From: Chloroflexota bacterium
GTDB lineage: Bacteria > Chloroflexota > Dehalococcoidia > Lucifugimonadales > Lucifugimonadaceae
Assembly (NCBI GenBank): GCA_036128515.1
Contig: JAYYQG010000031.1
Location: 1-58,161 of the forward strand
DNA length: 58,161 nt
Direction of reading: 5' to 3'
The position numbers and the translations under genes are program-made. Below are positions 23,765-33,908 of the stretch, piece after piece (the stretch's first letter is position 1; every line of letters starts with the position of its first letter). The notes beneath the pieces were generated by a model. The model was not told where the DNA came from, made no database searches, and saw only the letters and a list, made by a program, of their open reading frames with translations.

Positions 23765-25805
23765 ACAATGGTCCAAAAACTAAAGCTACTATTGTCATTA
23801 ACTTTAGTAAGATATTTATTGATGGCCCCGAAGTATCTTTAAAAGGATCACCAACAGTATCACCAGTTACAGCAGCTTTATGGGCATCTGAACCTTTGCC
23901 GTCATAATTACCAAGTTCAATGTATTTTTTTGCATTATCCCAGGCGCCGCCAGCATTAGCCATAAATATAGCAAGTAAAAATCCAGAAACAATAGATCCT
24001 GCAAGCATTCCTCCGAGTGCTTCAGCTTTTAGAAATAATCCAATCAGAATTGGTGAAACTATTGCTAATATACTTGGCAAAATCATTGCTTTTAATGAGC
24101 CAGTTGTACTTATTTCAACTGCCCTTGCTGCGTCAGGTTTAACTCCCTTTTTTCCTTCTCTCAAACCTTTTATTTCTCTAAATTGTCTTCTAACCTCTTC
24201 AATCATTGCTCCAGCAGCACTACCAACAGCCTGCATTGTCATACCTGAAAAAACGAATGGAAGTAAAGCTCCTATTAGAACTCCACTTAAAACGTCAACT
24301 TTTCCTATGTCAAAAGAAGTTACACCAGTTACTTGTCCGTAGGCAGACATTAATGCGAGAGCTGTCAATATAGCAGACCCGATTGCAAAACCTTTACCAG
24401 TTGCAGCAGTCGTGTTTCCTAATGCATCCAGAGCATCAGTTCTTTCTCTTACTTCAGGATCAAGTCCAGCTTGTTCTGCAAGTCCTCCAGCATTGTCAGC
24501 AACAGGACCGTAAGCATCGGTCGATAAAGTAATTCCAAGAGTTGATAGCATCCCTACTGCTGCCAATCCAACTCCATATAATCCTGCAAAATGATGAGAA
24601 ATTAAAACACCTATTACTACACATATCGCTGGAATGGCAGTACTGTATAAACCGACAGATATACCTGCAATTATATTTGATGGATGGCCTGTTAATGATT
24701 GCTTAGATATCCATTTAACAGGAAAATACTCATAAGATGTAAAGTATTCAGTTGCAGTACCGATAACCTGACCAACAACAAGCCCAGTTATTAATATATA
24801 TATTAATTCGAAAGGAACATCTAAGAAGCTTTGAGAACCAGCAATTGCTCCTCCAATTAATGTTAGTAATGCAGCTCCAAATATTCCTATCCTAAAGCTC
24901 CATAATAAAGAGTTCATTGAAGCATTAGGTTTTGTTCTGACCAAAAAAGTTCCAATTAGAGAAGCAATAATTCCAATCCCACTAATAATTAATGGAAGCA
25001 TAACTAACTTATCATCTGCGGGTGCAATTCCTAACTTAGGAACCCCAATAAAAATAGCAAGAGATAATGTTGCAATCAATGATCCAGCATAGGATTCGAA
25101 TAAGTCAGCACCCATACCTGCGACATCACCAACATTATCACCAACATTATCAGCAATAGTTGCAGGATTTCTTGGGTCATCTTCTGGGATACCTGCCTCG
25201 ACCTTTCCAACTAAATCAGCTCCAACATCTGCTGCCTTTGTATATATCCCGCCCCCAACTCTAGCAAATAATGCAATTGAAGATGCCCCAAAACCAAAAC
25301 CTGCAATTATTGATGGCGATTCAAACAGAACCCACATTACTGTTACTCCAAGTAATCCAACACCAACCACCGTGAGTCCCATTACACTTCCAGTATTAAA
25401 TGCGACCCTTAATGCTTTATTCAGACCTTCTTCAGCAGCCTCAGCTGTCCTAGAATTTCCTCTTACAGCAATGTTCATTCCAACAATTCCAGCAATTGAT
25501 GAACCTACTGCACCGACTAGATAAGCAACTGAAGTCCATGGTTTGCCCCAATCTGTGTCAGTAGAATTAAATTTATTAAATATATCTCCATCTACAACTA
25601 CCCATAATATTGCAAACATTGAAACAACAAATATTGATAGTATTGCATATTCTCTCCTTAAAAATGCCGCAGATCCTTCTTGAATAAGTCCAGCAATCTC
25701 AGACAATTCTTGATTTTTAACTTTTCTTTTTACAACATTCCAAAAGAAATATGATGCAACAATTAATCCAATTATTGCTGATGATATTGATACAAAGTAC
25801 GACAT
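23754..25805 (-). CDS. hppA: Membrane-bound ion-translocating pyrophosphatase, probably the K+-dependent subtype
   Basis: 683 aa and polytopic, with [38 protein letters not shown] and [15 protein letters not shown] motifs. Confidence 0.95.
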   Translation of the reverse strand: MSYFVSISSAIIGLIVASYFFWNVVKRKVKNQELSEIAGLIQEGSAAFLRREYAILSIFVVSMFAILWVVVDGDIFNKFNSTDTDWGKPWTSVAYLVGAVGSSIAGIVGMNIAVRGNSRTAEAAEEGLNKALRVAFNTGSVMGLTVVGVGLLGVTVMWVLFESPSIIAGFGFGASSIALFARVGGGIYTKAADVGADLVGKVEAGIPEDDPRNPATIADNVGDNVGDVAGMGADLFESYAGSLIATLSLAIFIGVPKLGIAPADDKLVMLPLIISGIGIIASLIGTFLVRTKPNASMNSLLWSFRIGIFGAALLTLIGGAIAGSQSFLDVPFELIYILITGLVVGQVIGTATEYFTSYEYFPVKWISKQSLTGHPSNIIAGISVGLYSTAIPAICVVIGVLISHHFAGLYGVGLAAVGMLSTLGITLSTDAYGPVADNAGGLAEQAGLDPEVRERTDALDALGNTTAATGKGFAIGSAILTALALMSAYGQVTGVTSFDIGKVDVLSGVLIGALLPFVFSGMTMQAVGSAAGAMIEEVRRQFREIKGLREGKKGVKPDAARAVEISTTGSLKAMILPSILAIVSPILIGLFLKAEALGGMLAGSIVSGFLLAIFMANAGGAWDNAKKYIELGNYDGKGSDAHKAAVTGDTVGDPFKDTSGPSINILLKLMTIVALVFGPLFIG

Positions 25806-25821
25806 TTTGACCTCATTCCTA

Positions 25822-26466
25822 TTAGTCTATTTTTTTTAAAAAAGTTTCAATTTTTCCTTCAAGTTGATTACGCTGTAAGGCTATTGTAATGTCTCCCCGA
25901 GTTCTTTCCACTACACTTCTTAATTGGTCAGTAGTTCTCCTTAAACCTTGAGTAACTCCTTCGGGGTAATCAATTGATTCAAGTAAATCTACAACTTCAT
26001 TCATTATAGTTAAGTAACTCTCAGACATCTTGAGATTATTTTCTCTAATATTGTCTAAGGATGTTCGTCTTAATTCGCTAGCAGCTTCAGCCATCCCTTT
26101 TAATATTGAACTTGGTGAAAATATGTCTATTTTGTTTGATGTTAACTTGTATCCAGAAACAAAAGAAAGAAAGAAAATTGCTTCACATAATTCCTTTTCT
26201 CCATCTAGAAAAAAAGTTGTATTAATATCTGAGGAAAATTTATTTAATTTGTTTTTTGCTGAATTTAATTTTTTCATACCATCATTTATTAATTTTTCGG
26301 CATTTTTAAAATCTTTTCTTTGAGCAGACCTAATAGATCTTGATGATATACCTATGATTTCCCTAGACAATGATAGTCCAAGCTCCCTTGATTGATGAAT
26401 CTTTTTAAATTTGCTATTAACTTCTCTTGATATTTTTTTTAGATTGGATGATTTATTATTTTGCAT
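25822..26466 (-). CDS. Translin-family protein (tentative)
   Basis: 214 aa and helical. The C-terminal half, GMAEAASELRRTSL...GLRRTTDQLRSVVERTRGDITIA, lines up by eye with the translin pattern (ASELSRLSV...LRKRYDGLKYDVKKVEEVVYDLSI in human translin). Confidence 0.5.
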   Translation of the reverse strand: MQNNKSSNLKKISREVNSKFKKIHQSRELGLSLSREIIGISSRSIRSAQRKDFKNAEKLINDGMKKLNSAKNKLNKFSSDINTTFFLDGEKELCEAIFFLSFVSGYKLTSNKIDIFSPSSILKGMAEAASELRRTSLDNIRENNLKMSESYLTIMNEVVDLLESIDYPEGVTQGLRRTTDQLRSVVERTRGDITIALQRNQLEGKIETFLKKID

Positions 26467-27082
26467 AATCTTGCATTATTTTTTTTATATTATTGGCTTC
26501 AAGGGCTGGCTTATCTGACAATGTAATTGCGCTGGATATGCAAATTGAATCTGCTCCAGAATCTAAAACCTTAATAATTCTATTTTTATTTATTCCACCT
26601 ATTGCCACAATCTCTTTTTTGAAATTAGTCTTTTTTAAGTTTGTTATCACATCTAATGACGATGGTATTGTATCTTTTTTAGAATTTGTTTCAAATAAAC
26701 TACCTATTGCGATGTAATTTGTTGGCAATTTTTCAGAAACTTTTCCTTCTTTAAAAGTAGCATTAGAATTACCAATAATAAATTTTTTTGGAAATAAGTC
26801 TCTACATTTTTGAACTGAAGTATCTTTTCTTCCTACATGTATCCCATGGGGCATTACCTCAAGAGCTTCCTCTACTCTGTCATTAATAATAAAGATTTTA
26901 TTATTTTTTTCACATAAATTTTTTATAAAAAATGCTTGATCAAGATACTCTTTTTTGTCACCATATTTATTTCTTAATTGTATCGTATCAATATCAGATT
27001 CAACTATTTCTTTACATAAATCATTGAAATTTTTGTTGCTAATGTTATATGGATCGATTATTACATAAAGACCTAGTTTCAT
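26456..27082 (-). CDS. thiE: Thiamine-phosphate synthase
   Basis: 208 aa with TIQLRNK, INDRVE, GIHVG, GNS and AIGGI, in the order typical of ThiE. Confidence 0.8.
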   Translation of the reverse strand: MKLGLYVIIDPYNISNKNFNDLCKEIVESDIDTIQLRNKYGDKKEYLDQAFFIKNLCEKNNKIFIINDRVEEALEVMPHGIHVGRKDTSVQKCRDLFPKKFIIGNSNATFKEGKVSEKLPTNYIAIGSLFETNSKKDTIPSSLDVITNLKKTNFKKEIVAIGGINKNRIIKVLDSGADSICISSAITLSDKPALEANNIKKIMQDYAK

Positions 27083-27663
27083 TATTTATTTATCTCACTT
27101 ACTGGGTTAAAAGTTTTTCTGTGAATTGCACAAATCCCAATTTTTTTCATAATTTCAATATGTTTTTTGGATCCATAACCTTTATTATTTTTAAATAAAT
27201 AATCAGGATATAATTTATCATATACATTCAACATCAATGAATCTCTGCATACTTTTGCAATAATTGATGCTGCTGCTACGCTCACAGATATTGAATCTGC
27301 TTTGTTGAAGTTAAAGTAGGGTTTCTCAGTCATTAAATCAATAGAGTCGATCAGTGCATAATCGTAATTTATGCTATTTAGAGACTTTTTCATTGAATTT
27401 TTAGTAGCCTTTACTATTCCTTCATTATCAACTTCGTTATTATTAGATACCCCGATTGAATAAATACTTTTTGAATTAATTATTTGATTAAACATTTGTT
27501 TTCTTGATTTGACGGGTAGTTTCTTACTGTCATTAAATTTAAAAGGGTTCCCAACTAAAAGTTTTTTTTCGAGAATTACTGAAGCTGAAACAACTGGACC
27601 AGCAAGAGATCCTCGACCAGCTTCATCAATTCCAACAATGTTTTTAAATCCGTGTTTAAACAA
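27082..27663 (-). CDS. rnhB: Ribonuclease HII
   Basis: GIDEAGRGSLAGPVV, DSKKL, SAASIIAK and KGYGS motifs. Confidence 0.9.
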   Translation of the reverse strand: MFKHGFKNIVGIDEAGRGSLAGPVVSASVILEKKLLVGNPFKFNDSKKLPVKSRKQMFNQIINSKSIYSIGVSNNNEVDNEGIVKATKNSMKKSLNSINYDYALIDSIDLMTEKPYFNFNKADSISVSVAAASIIAKVCRDSLMLNVYDKLYPDYLFKNNKGYGSKKHIEIMKKIGICAIHRKTFNPVSEINK

Positions 27664-27728
27664 TTCTTCCTCTATTGATGAATGAGGTAAATTTACTATA
27701 GTTGAGGATAATTTTCTTAAATTATTTT

Positions 27729-28859
27729 TTAATAAGATTTTACTGTCTCTTTGTTTTTTTCTTTTAATAATGTTGAGTCTTCGTATTCTATAAATCCTCC
27801 ACCAATTACTTCATTGTCATTATAAAAAACTAATGCCTGGCCCGGAGTAATTGCTCTCTGAGGTTCATCAAAAATAAATACTGCATTTCCATCGTTTTTC
27901 AAGGTCAACCTTCCTTTTGCAGGAGTACTTTTATAGCGAATCTTTGCAAATATTTCTTTGTTAGTTATTTTATCTTCTTTCGAAATAATATTAACTTTTG
28001 ATATAAATGCTTTTCTTTGCATTAATTCGTTAGATGGCCCAACTTCAACAATATTTTTACTTGGATAGATCTTAGTAACAAAGATAGGCTTCCCTTTTGA
28101 TTCAATTCCAATGCCCTTTCTTTGGCCAATAGTAAAATTGTGTATACCTGAATGATCTCCTAATTTATTGCCCTTTGAATCAACTATAATTCCTTCGTTT
28201 TGGTCTATTTTGTTGTTGATAAATTTTTTGTAATCTCCATCTGGAATAAAACAAATATCTTGAGAATCTGGTTTTTTAGCATTAATTAAATTGTGATCCT
28301 CAGCAATTTTACGTATTTCATTTTTTGGGAAAATACCTACAGGTAATTTTAATTTATTCATAATACTTTGAGTTAAATTAAAAAGTACATAACTTTGATC
28401 CTTAGTTTCGTCTACACCTTTAATCAATTTATATTCATTATTATTTTCAATGATACTTGCGTAATGACCAGTTGCTATATAATCAGCTTTCATAAACTCA
28501 GCTCTTTTTAATAAAAAGTCAAATTTCAATCTGTCATTACATGCCAAACATGGAAAAGGTGTCCTCCCTTTTTGGTATTCAGAAATAAAGTAATTAATTA
28601 CATGTTCATTGAACTCTTTCTCAAAATTTAAATAGTAATGCTTGGCACTAATTTGCCTGCAAACAGATCTCGCATCTTCTACATCATCTAATGAACAACA
28701 ACTTTTATTTAGGCTGTAATTTGTTTCTTCATTTTGAGGAAATAACCTCATTGTTACCCCAATAACATTGTAGCCTTCATTGTGTAAAAGTAAGGCAGCA
28801 ACGGAAGAATCAACGCCACCACTCATAGCAACAACAACAGTTTTTTTAGAGTTTTTCAT
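27729..28859 (-). CDS. mnmA: tRNA-specific 2-thiouridylase
   Basis: PP-loop VVAMSGGVDSSVAA, CNDRLKF, ATGHYA, KDQSYVL and QDICF. Confidence 0.95.
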   Translation of the reverse strand: MKNSKKTVVVAMSGGVDSSVAALLLHNEGYNVIGVTMRLFPQNEETNYSLNKSCCSLDDVEDARSVCRQISAKHYYLNFEKEFNEHVINYFISEYQKGRTPFPCLACNDRLKFDFLLKRAEFMKADYIATGHYASIIENNNEYKLIKGVDETKDQSYVLFNLTQSIMNKLKLPVGIFPKNEIRKIAEDHNLINAKKPDSQDICFIPDGDYKKFINNKIDQNEGIIVDSKGNKLGDHSGIHNFTIGQRKGIGIESKGKPIFVTKIYPSKNIVEVGPSNELMQRKAFISKVNIISKEDKITNKEIFAKIRYKSTPAKGRLTLKNDGNAVFIFDEPQRAITPGQALVFYNDNEVIGGGFIEYEDSTLLKEKNKETVKSY

Positions 28860-28901
28860 AATAAATTTATTTTGTTTACAAGAAATGTTTATAATTTAAA
28901 T

Positions 28902-29258
28902 ATGTCAAAGTCAACTATATTAGAAAATTATGCAAGGATGGTAACAGATATCGCATCTGAAAATCTTGGAGAAGAAATTGTTCTTCTTGATACAGGAGAT
29001 ATTTCGCTTTTTTCAGAATTTTCAATTTTAATTACTGGACAAACTGATAGGCATCTTGAAAGTTTGTCACAAAAAATTATGAGAGAAATGAAAAAAAGCG
29101 GAAATAAAATACACCACAAAGAAGGTTCAGGGAAAACCGGATGGATACTATTAGATTATTTTGGTTTGAGTGTGCATATTTTACTTAACGAAAAAAGAAA
29201 TAATTATGACTTAGAATCCCTTTGGAGTTCGGCTAAGGAAATAGTAAGAATTCATTAA
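28902..29258 (+). CDS. rsfS: Ribosome silencing factor RsfS
   Basis: DYFGLSVHILLNEKRNNYDLESLW matches the RsfS pattern (D.G...VH.F....R..Y.LE.LW). I chose ATG 28902 over the track's TTG 28872. TATAAT (28890..28895) lies exactly 6 nt upstream of it. Confidence 0.8.
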   Translation: MSKSTILENYARMVTDIASENLGEEIVLLDTGDISLFSEFSILITGQTDRHLESLSQKIMREMKKSGNKIHHKEGSGKTGWILLDYFGLSVHILLNEKRNNYDLESLWSSAKEIVRIH

Positions 29259-29711
29259 TCAGCTTACCCAATTATCCACAGACCTGTCGTAATTAATGAT
29301 TTCCTCCTCTGAGAAGTATAATTTTATTTCTCTTAATGCATCTTTTTCATTTGCAGAACCATGTATAACATTTTTCTCAAGAGATAGGCCAAAATCACCT
29401 CTTATTGTGCCCGGACTTGATTCTAAAGGGTTTGTAGACCCCATCATCGTTCTTGTTTTCTGAATAGCATTTTCACCATTTAAAGCTAGTGCTACAACTG
29501 GGCTAGAGGTAATAAAATTTACTAAGCTTGAGAAAAAAGGTTTATCTTTATGCTCTTCATAATGCTTTGAAGCAAGATCTTTATCAATTAATATAAGTTT
29601 CATTCCAGTAATTTTTAAGCCGGTTGATTCAAGCTTTTCAATCACTTTTCCAATTAAAGACCGATTTACCCCATCAGGTTTAATTAATACAAGCGTGGAT
29701 TCATTACTCAT
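29259..29711 (-). CDS. ndk: Nucleoside diphosphate kinase
   Basis: TLVLIKPDGV, TIRGDFG and NVIHGSA (active-site His). Confidence 0.95.
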   Translation of the reverse strand: MSNESTLVLIKPDGVNRSLIGKVIEKLESTGLKITGMKLILIDKDLASKHYEEHKDKPFFSSLVNFITSSPVVALALNGENAIQKTRTMMGSTNPLESSPGTIRGDFGLSLEKNVIHGSANEKDALREIKLYFSEEEIINYDRSVDNWVS

Positions 29712-30364
29712 CTTTTCTCCTTCTTCTTAGTTATATTCGGCAATCTAGAATAAATAGGAACTAAATCATAATATTTTTCCTGTTTTTTTTCATTAATTAA
29801 TTTATTACTCAAATTAACCATTAACTTAGGTTCCCTCTTTATGTCTGGAAAGAATTTATAATCAGAATTTATTTCAGCCAAATTATTTGTATCTTCACCA
29901 AAAAAAGTTCCTTTTTTAAAAACACTTTTAAAGTCCCTCATAGCAAAAATACCATCAACATTTCTGGTTGAAATATTGTCTATTGATTTCCAGCAAAAAG
30001 ATTCAAAACCTGCGGGAATAAGTGCAATTAAATCAGTATGATCTGTATTTTTTACTTTCTCAAATTCAATTTCAAAAGTTGGCAGTCCAAGCAATTTAAT
30101 TTTATTAAATTTTGAAAGCCCAATTGCAAAGCTGATACCAACTCTAATTGATGTAAAACCACCTGGGCCTAAAGCAACTGAAATATAATCGAGATCATTT
30201 ACATTTAAGTTATTTTTATTTGTTAAGTTGATTATATTTTCACTTAATTCAATACTATGATTGTTTTTTGAAGTCCAATTTTTTTCATCAATTAAGCAAC
30301 CATCTTTTGAATAAGATATTGAGGCATTTTTTGAAGATGTATCAATTGTAAGTAGTTTTGTCAT
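29708..30364 (-). CDS. tsaB: tRNA t6A37 biosynthesis protein TsaB
   Basis: LLTIDTSSKNASIS and VALGPGGFTSIRVGISFAIGL. Confidence 0.8.
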   Translation of the reverse strand: MTKLLTIDTSSKNASISYSKDGCLIDEKNWTSKNNHSIELSENIINLTNKNNLNVNDLDYISVALGPGGFTSIRVGISFAIGLSKFNKIKLLGLPTFEIEFEKVKNTDHTDLIALIPAGFESFCWKSIDNISTRNVDGIFAMRDFKSVFKKGTFFGEDTNNLAEINSDYKFFPDIKREPKLMVNLSNKLINEKKQEKYYDLVPIYSRLPNITKKKEKR

Positions 30365-30366
30365 AT

Positions 30367-30804
30367 TTAAATTTTGATTAATTCTTGCGAGTATATTACT
30401 AAATTTCTCTTTTCAGATAATTTATCAATTTCTATTTTTATTTTTAAATCTGGTTCTGGTAAATATTTTTTAGCAATCTCAGGCCATTCAATAATCAAAT
30501 TCCCTTCTTCTAGATACTCCTCTAAGCCTAAATCAAAAATTTCTTCTGGGTAATTTAATCTGAAAAAATCACAGTGATTAACATTTATATCTCCGTAATA
30601 AGTTGTAATTAAAATGAATGTTGGGCTTTTTGCAATTTGATCACAATTAAATGATTCCGCTATTCCTTTGACTAGTGTTGTTTTCCCAGCCCCTAAGTTC
30701 CCTTCAAGAAAAATAATTTTTCCTTTACCAATATACTTTGAAATCTTTTTACCAATTTTGATAGTTTCAGATGGGCTATTGGATATTAATTTAATTTTGT
30801 TCAA
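30367..30804 (-). CDS. tsaE: tRNA t6A37 biosynthesis ATPase TsaE
   Basis: LEGNLGAGKTTLVKGIA, SPTFIL, HCDFFRL and IEWPE. Confidence 0.85.
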   Translation of the reverse strand: MNKIKLISNSPSETIKIGKKISKYIGKGKIIFLEGNLGAGKTTLVKGIAESFNCDQIAKSPTFILITTYYGDINVNHCDFFRLNYPEEIFDLGLEEYLEEGNLIIEWPEIAKKYLPEPDLKIKIEIDKLSEKRNLVIYSQELIKI

Positions 30805-31738
30805 AATGACTCCAAGTATTTAATTTAGGCTTTATGATTTTCCCTTTATTTTTATAGAGAACATTATTTTCGTTTTTATTTACAACACTGCCAATAACAA
30901 AATAATTAAAAGGCAGTTTTATCTTTGATTCGTCAAAAGTAAATAAAAGCTCATAATCTTCGCCTCCATTTATAGCAATATCAATAAATCTATCCGAAAA
31001 TTCACTCTTTAATTCTTTACTGACAGGTAAATCTTCGATATTTATTTCAATACTAACTTTACTGCTTTCACATAAATTTAATAAGTCATTATGCAAGCCA
31101 TCACTAATATCCATACAACACTTAACGCCTGATTCTATTAATTTTTTTGATTCAATAATTTTAGGTTGAGGCTTTAAATGACTGTTAATGAGCCTACCCC
31201 CTTTTTTATTGTCTAAAAGTAAGTTTAATCCTCCTAAAGAATCTCCCAAATTTCCTGTAACAGCAACTTTGTCGCCAGGTTTAGCAGAATCTCTTGTTAA
31301 AAATTTTTTTTGGTGCAGTGACCCGACTGCAGATATAGATATAAATAATTTGTCGCTCTTTACTATATCTCCTCCAACAATGAATCCGCCATAAGAATCG
31401 CAACATTTTTTCATTCCAATTATTAATTGTTCAAAATTATTTTTATTTATATGGCCAGGTAACCCAATTGAAACAGTAAAATAATTTGGAACTGCCCCCA
31501 TTGCTGCTAAATCACTTGAATTAATTGCAATACTCTTCCATCCAATATCTTCAAAAGAAAAATAATCTAATTTAAAATGAATATCTTCAACAATAGTGTC
31601 TGAGCAGATTACCATTTTATTATTTCCATTTGAAGTTAATATTGCTGCATCATCACCAATACCAACAACAAAGCCTTTTTTTAAATCTTTATTTAGTATT
31701 TTGTTTATAATGTTTATAAATTCTTTTTCTTTATTCAT
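30791..31738 (-). CDS. thiL: Thiamine-monophosphate kinase
   Basis: GIGDDAAIL, DTIVEDIHF, NSSDLAAMGA, GGDI, DISDGL and GGEDYELLF. Confidence 0.9.
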   Translation of the reverse strand: MNKEKEFINIINKILNKDLKKGFVVGIGDDAAILTSNGNNKMVICSDTIVEDIHFKLDYFSFEDIGWKSIAINSSDLAAMGAVPNYFTVSIGLPGHINKNNFEQLIIGMKKCCDSYGGFIVGGDIVKSDKLFISISAVGSLHQKKFLTRDSAKPGDKVAVTGNLGDSLGGLNLLLDNKKGGRLINSHLKPQPKIIESKKLIESGVKCCMDISDGLHNDLLNLCESSKVSIEINIEDLPVSKELKSEFSDRFIDIAINGGEDYELLFTFDESKIKLPFNYFVIGSVVNKNENNVLYKNKGKIIKPKLNTWSHFEQN

Positions 31739-31785
31739 TGTAATGAGAAAGTTTAATCATAATTATACTTAATAAGGAGAAAAAC

Positions 31786-31971
31786 GTGCCTACAATAGAA
31801 ATTAAATGGTTTGATGGAAGGTCTAAAGAACAAAAAGCTAAAGTAGCAAAAGCAATTACAGATATAATTGTGGATATTGGTAAAACAACACCAGAAGCAA
31901 CGCATATAATTTTTCATGACATAAAAAAATCAGACTGGGCTCAATCTGGAATATTGAATTCTGAAAAATGA
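31786..31971 (+). CDS. 4-oxalocrotonate tautomerase family protein
   Basis: 61 aa. Pro follows the initiator (MPTIEIKWFDGRSKEQKAKVAKAITD). It has a GTG start with an AGGAG Shine-Dalgarno sequence 6 nt upstream. Confidence 0.7.
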   Translation: MPTIEIKWFDGRSKEQKAKVAKAITDIIVDIGKTTPEATHIIFHDIKKSDWAQSGILNSEK

Positions 31972-32150
31972 ATACCTATCCGGTGAGAGGGTTGGGAATG
32001 ATATTGATAACAATATTATTTTCATTTGCTTTACTAATATATATTGGTGCAGAATTTTCAGAATATCGAATTTCAGAAAGATTAAATGATGGTCAAAATG
32101 TTGACTTATGGTGGGAAAGGGGATTTATTTCTGTATGTCCACTTCATTAG
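31968..32150 (+). CDS. Small membrane protein, hypothetical
   Basis: 60 aa with one TM helix. It has an ATGA overlap with the tautomerase gene and also overlaps the MFS gene. There is no homology evidence. Confidence 0.35.
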   Translation: MNTYPVRGLGMILITILFSFALLIYIGAEFSEYRISERLNDGQNVDLWWERGFISVCPLH

Positions 32151-33409
32151 TTAGTAATTTAAATGATAAATACCAGTTTAAGCATTTTGCTTGGATAATT
32201 GTTCTTATTGCATCAATTATTCAAATGGTTGGAAGTACTATAAGAAATGTTTTTGGCGTAATGGTTGAACCTATGTCCGAAACATTTAATTGGTCTCAAG
32301 GAGAGATTGGTCTTGGATATGCAATTGCTGCTCTTTGCACAGCTTTTTTTAGTCCTATTGCAGGGATTTTAGGAGATATTTTTGGTGCAAAAAAAACTAT
32401 GATTTTTGGCACATTCCTTTTTTTAATTGGCATGATATTAACCGCTAACTCTTCAACAATTTTTGAATTTTACTTTTCATACGGAATTGTATTAGGTATA
32501 GCTCAATCGATATATTTGGTGCCTATTGTGCCTGCTGTTGTAGGTTGGTTTAAAAGAGGTACTGGCATTGGCACTGGCTCAATGATGGTTGCTTGGAGTG
32601 TTGGCCCGGCATTGTCTATACAAGCTCTTGCAATCTGCTTTGAAAACTTTGGATGGCAAAATACATTTTTAATTTTTGGAATTTTTGGAACTTTAATTAT
32701 TTTTGCTTGCCTTTTCTTTTTTTCTGACTCACCTGAGAAAAAAGGTGTGAAGCCATATGGGTGGCTAAAATCAGATTTTAAATCTGAAGAAAAGTCCATG
32801 ATTTGGTCTAAAATTAACCAGAAATTAATATTTAAAACTGACAGTTTTTGGCACTTAGTTAATATACATTTTTGGGGATGTGTTGGTCACGCTGTAATTT
32901 TAGTAGCAGTAATACCTATGGCAGTTAATCAAGGATTATCCTTGGTACAAGCTTCAGGCGTATTAAGCATAATAGCTGTTGTAAGTATTTCAAGTAGGTT
33001 CGCAGCACCAATTATCGGTGATAAATATGGAAGCAAGCCTATAATATTTTTATCTTTTTTAGGGCAAGGGTTATCAGTATTAATTTTACTTGGGGCAAAC
33101 TCAATTTTTGATTTTTATTTATTCGCCTTTCTTTTTGGTATCCCATATGGGGGAGAAGGAACAGTGATTCCTGTAATAAATAAGCAGTATTATGGAAGGT
33201 TTCCTATGGGTACTACATACGGATGGCAGCTTTTTGGTGCTGGAATAGGAATGGCAATTGGCGGATTTATTCCAGGAATATTGTTTGATATATCTGGGAG
33301 CTATGTTTTAGCAATTTGGGTTTCATCAATTTCAAGTTTATGGGGTGCATTAATAGTATTAATGTTGAGAAAAACAGACAATGAAATTGTTGAATATTCT
33401 ACTAATTAA
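32108..33409 (+). CDS. MFS transporter
   Basis: About 12 TM segments. GILGDIFGAKKTMIFG lies in the loop 2-3 position typical of MFS transporters. An alternative start is ATG 32135 (MSTSL...). Confidence 0.8.
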   Translation: MVGKGIYFCMSTSLVSNLNDKYQFKHFAWIIVLIASIIQMVGSTIRNVFGVMVEPMSETFNWSQGEIGLGYAIAALCTAFFSPIAGILGDIFGAKKTMIFGTFLFLIGMILTANSSTIFEFYFSYGIVLGIAQSIYLVPIVPAVVGWFKRGTGIGTGSMMVAWSVGPALSIQALAICFENFGWQNTFLIFGIFGTLIIFACLFFFSDSPEKKGVKPYGWLKSDFKSEEKSMIWSKINQKLIFKTDSFWHLVNIHFWGCVGHAVILVAVIPMAVNQGLSLVQASGVLSIIAVVSISSRFAAPIIGDKYGSKPIIFLSFLGQGLSVLILLGANSIFDFYLFAFLFGIPYGGEGTVIPVINKQYYGRFPMGTTYGWQLFGAGIGMAIGGFIPGILFDISGSYVLAIWVSSISSLWGALIVLMLRKTDNEIVEYSTN

Positions 33410-33432
33410 AAATTTTATTATAATTACCTAAT

Positions 33433-33507
33433 GGCCCGCTAGCTCAATGGTAGAGCAATTGACTCTTAATCAATAGGTTCTCGGTTCGAGCCCGAGGCGG
33501 GTCACCA
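33433..33507 (+). tRNA. tRNA-Lys (anticodon CUU), CCA encoded
   Basis: Folded by hand. Acceptor GGCCCGC/GCGGGTC; D arm GCTC-AATGGT-AGAGC; anticodon stem ATTGA/TCAAT with loop CTCTTAA; T arm CTCGG-TTCGAGC-CCGAG. Confidence 0.93.
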
Positions 33508-33597
33508 ATCACAGAATTAAAGAATGAGTAAAATAATTATAATATTTTTAAATTATATTTTTCAAAGATCACTAAATTAAGATAGTATGTATTTATT

Positions 33598-33891
33598 ATG
33601 AAATTGTACGGCAGTATATTTAATTTAAAGCCTAAAAAAGGTAAAAAAGAAGAATTAATTAATCACCTAAAAAACGATGAAGAAAAGCCTGAAGGTGGTG
33701 TAGCATGGTATGTTCTTGATCCTGATAACAACGGCGATCTTGTCGCAATTGCAATTTTTAAGGACAAAGAATCATATTTAGCAAATGCTGAGAGGCCTGA
33801 ACAGCATGAAAATTTTATGAAGATGATGGGATTTCTTGATGAGGAGCCCGCATGGAATGATGGAAATTTTGTAATTGGGGAAAATTTATAA
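33598..33891 (+). CDS. Hypothetical small protein, possibly an ABM/dimeric alpha-beta-barrel fold
   Basis: 97 aa. The size and the VAIAIFKDKESYLANAERPEQHENF segment are reminiscent of ABM-domain proteins. This is weak evidence. Confidence 0.4.
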   Translation: MKLYGSIFNLKPKKGKKEELINHLKNDEEKPEGGVAWYVLDPDNNGDLVAIAIFKDKESYLANAERPEQHENFMKMMGFLDEEPAWNDGNFVIGENL

Positions 33892-33908
33892 ATTTTTTAA
33901 AGTATTAA

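Noticed and set aside
23920-24342. A long antisense ORF (140 aa) inside hppA. Similar cases are 36210..36644 in ppc, 20739..21098 in the ABC-2 permease, 34022..34378 in DUF1295 and 2921..3214 / 2001..2216 in amt.
   Set aside because: All lie entirely within strongly supported genes on the opposite strand. They have low-complexity or implausible composition and no start context. They are explained by the codon bias of the real gene.
26456-31738. A TPP riboswitch upstream of thiE or thiL.
   Set aside because: Both genes overlap or abut upstream coding sequence, and I saw no CUGAGA-containing conserved core in the adjacent non-coding DNA.
33433-33600. tRNA-Lys, and the other two tRNAs, as integration sites of a genomic island.
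   Set aside because: There is no integrase or recombinase gene, no direct repeat of the tRNA 3' end downstream that I could find, and no compositional break. The flanking genes look native.
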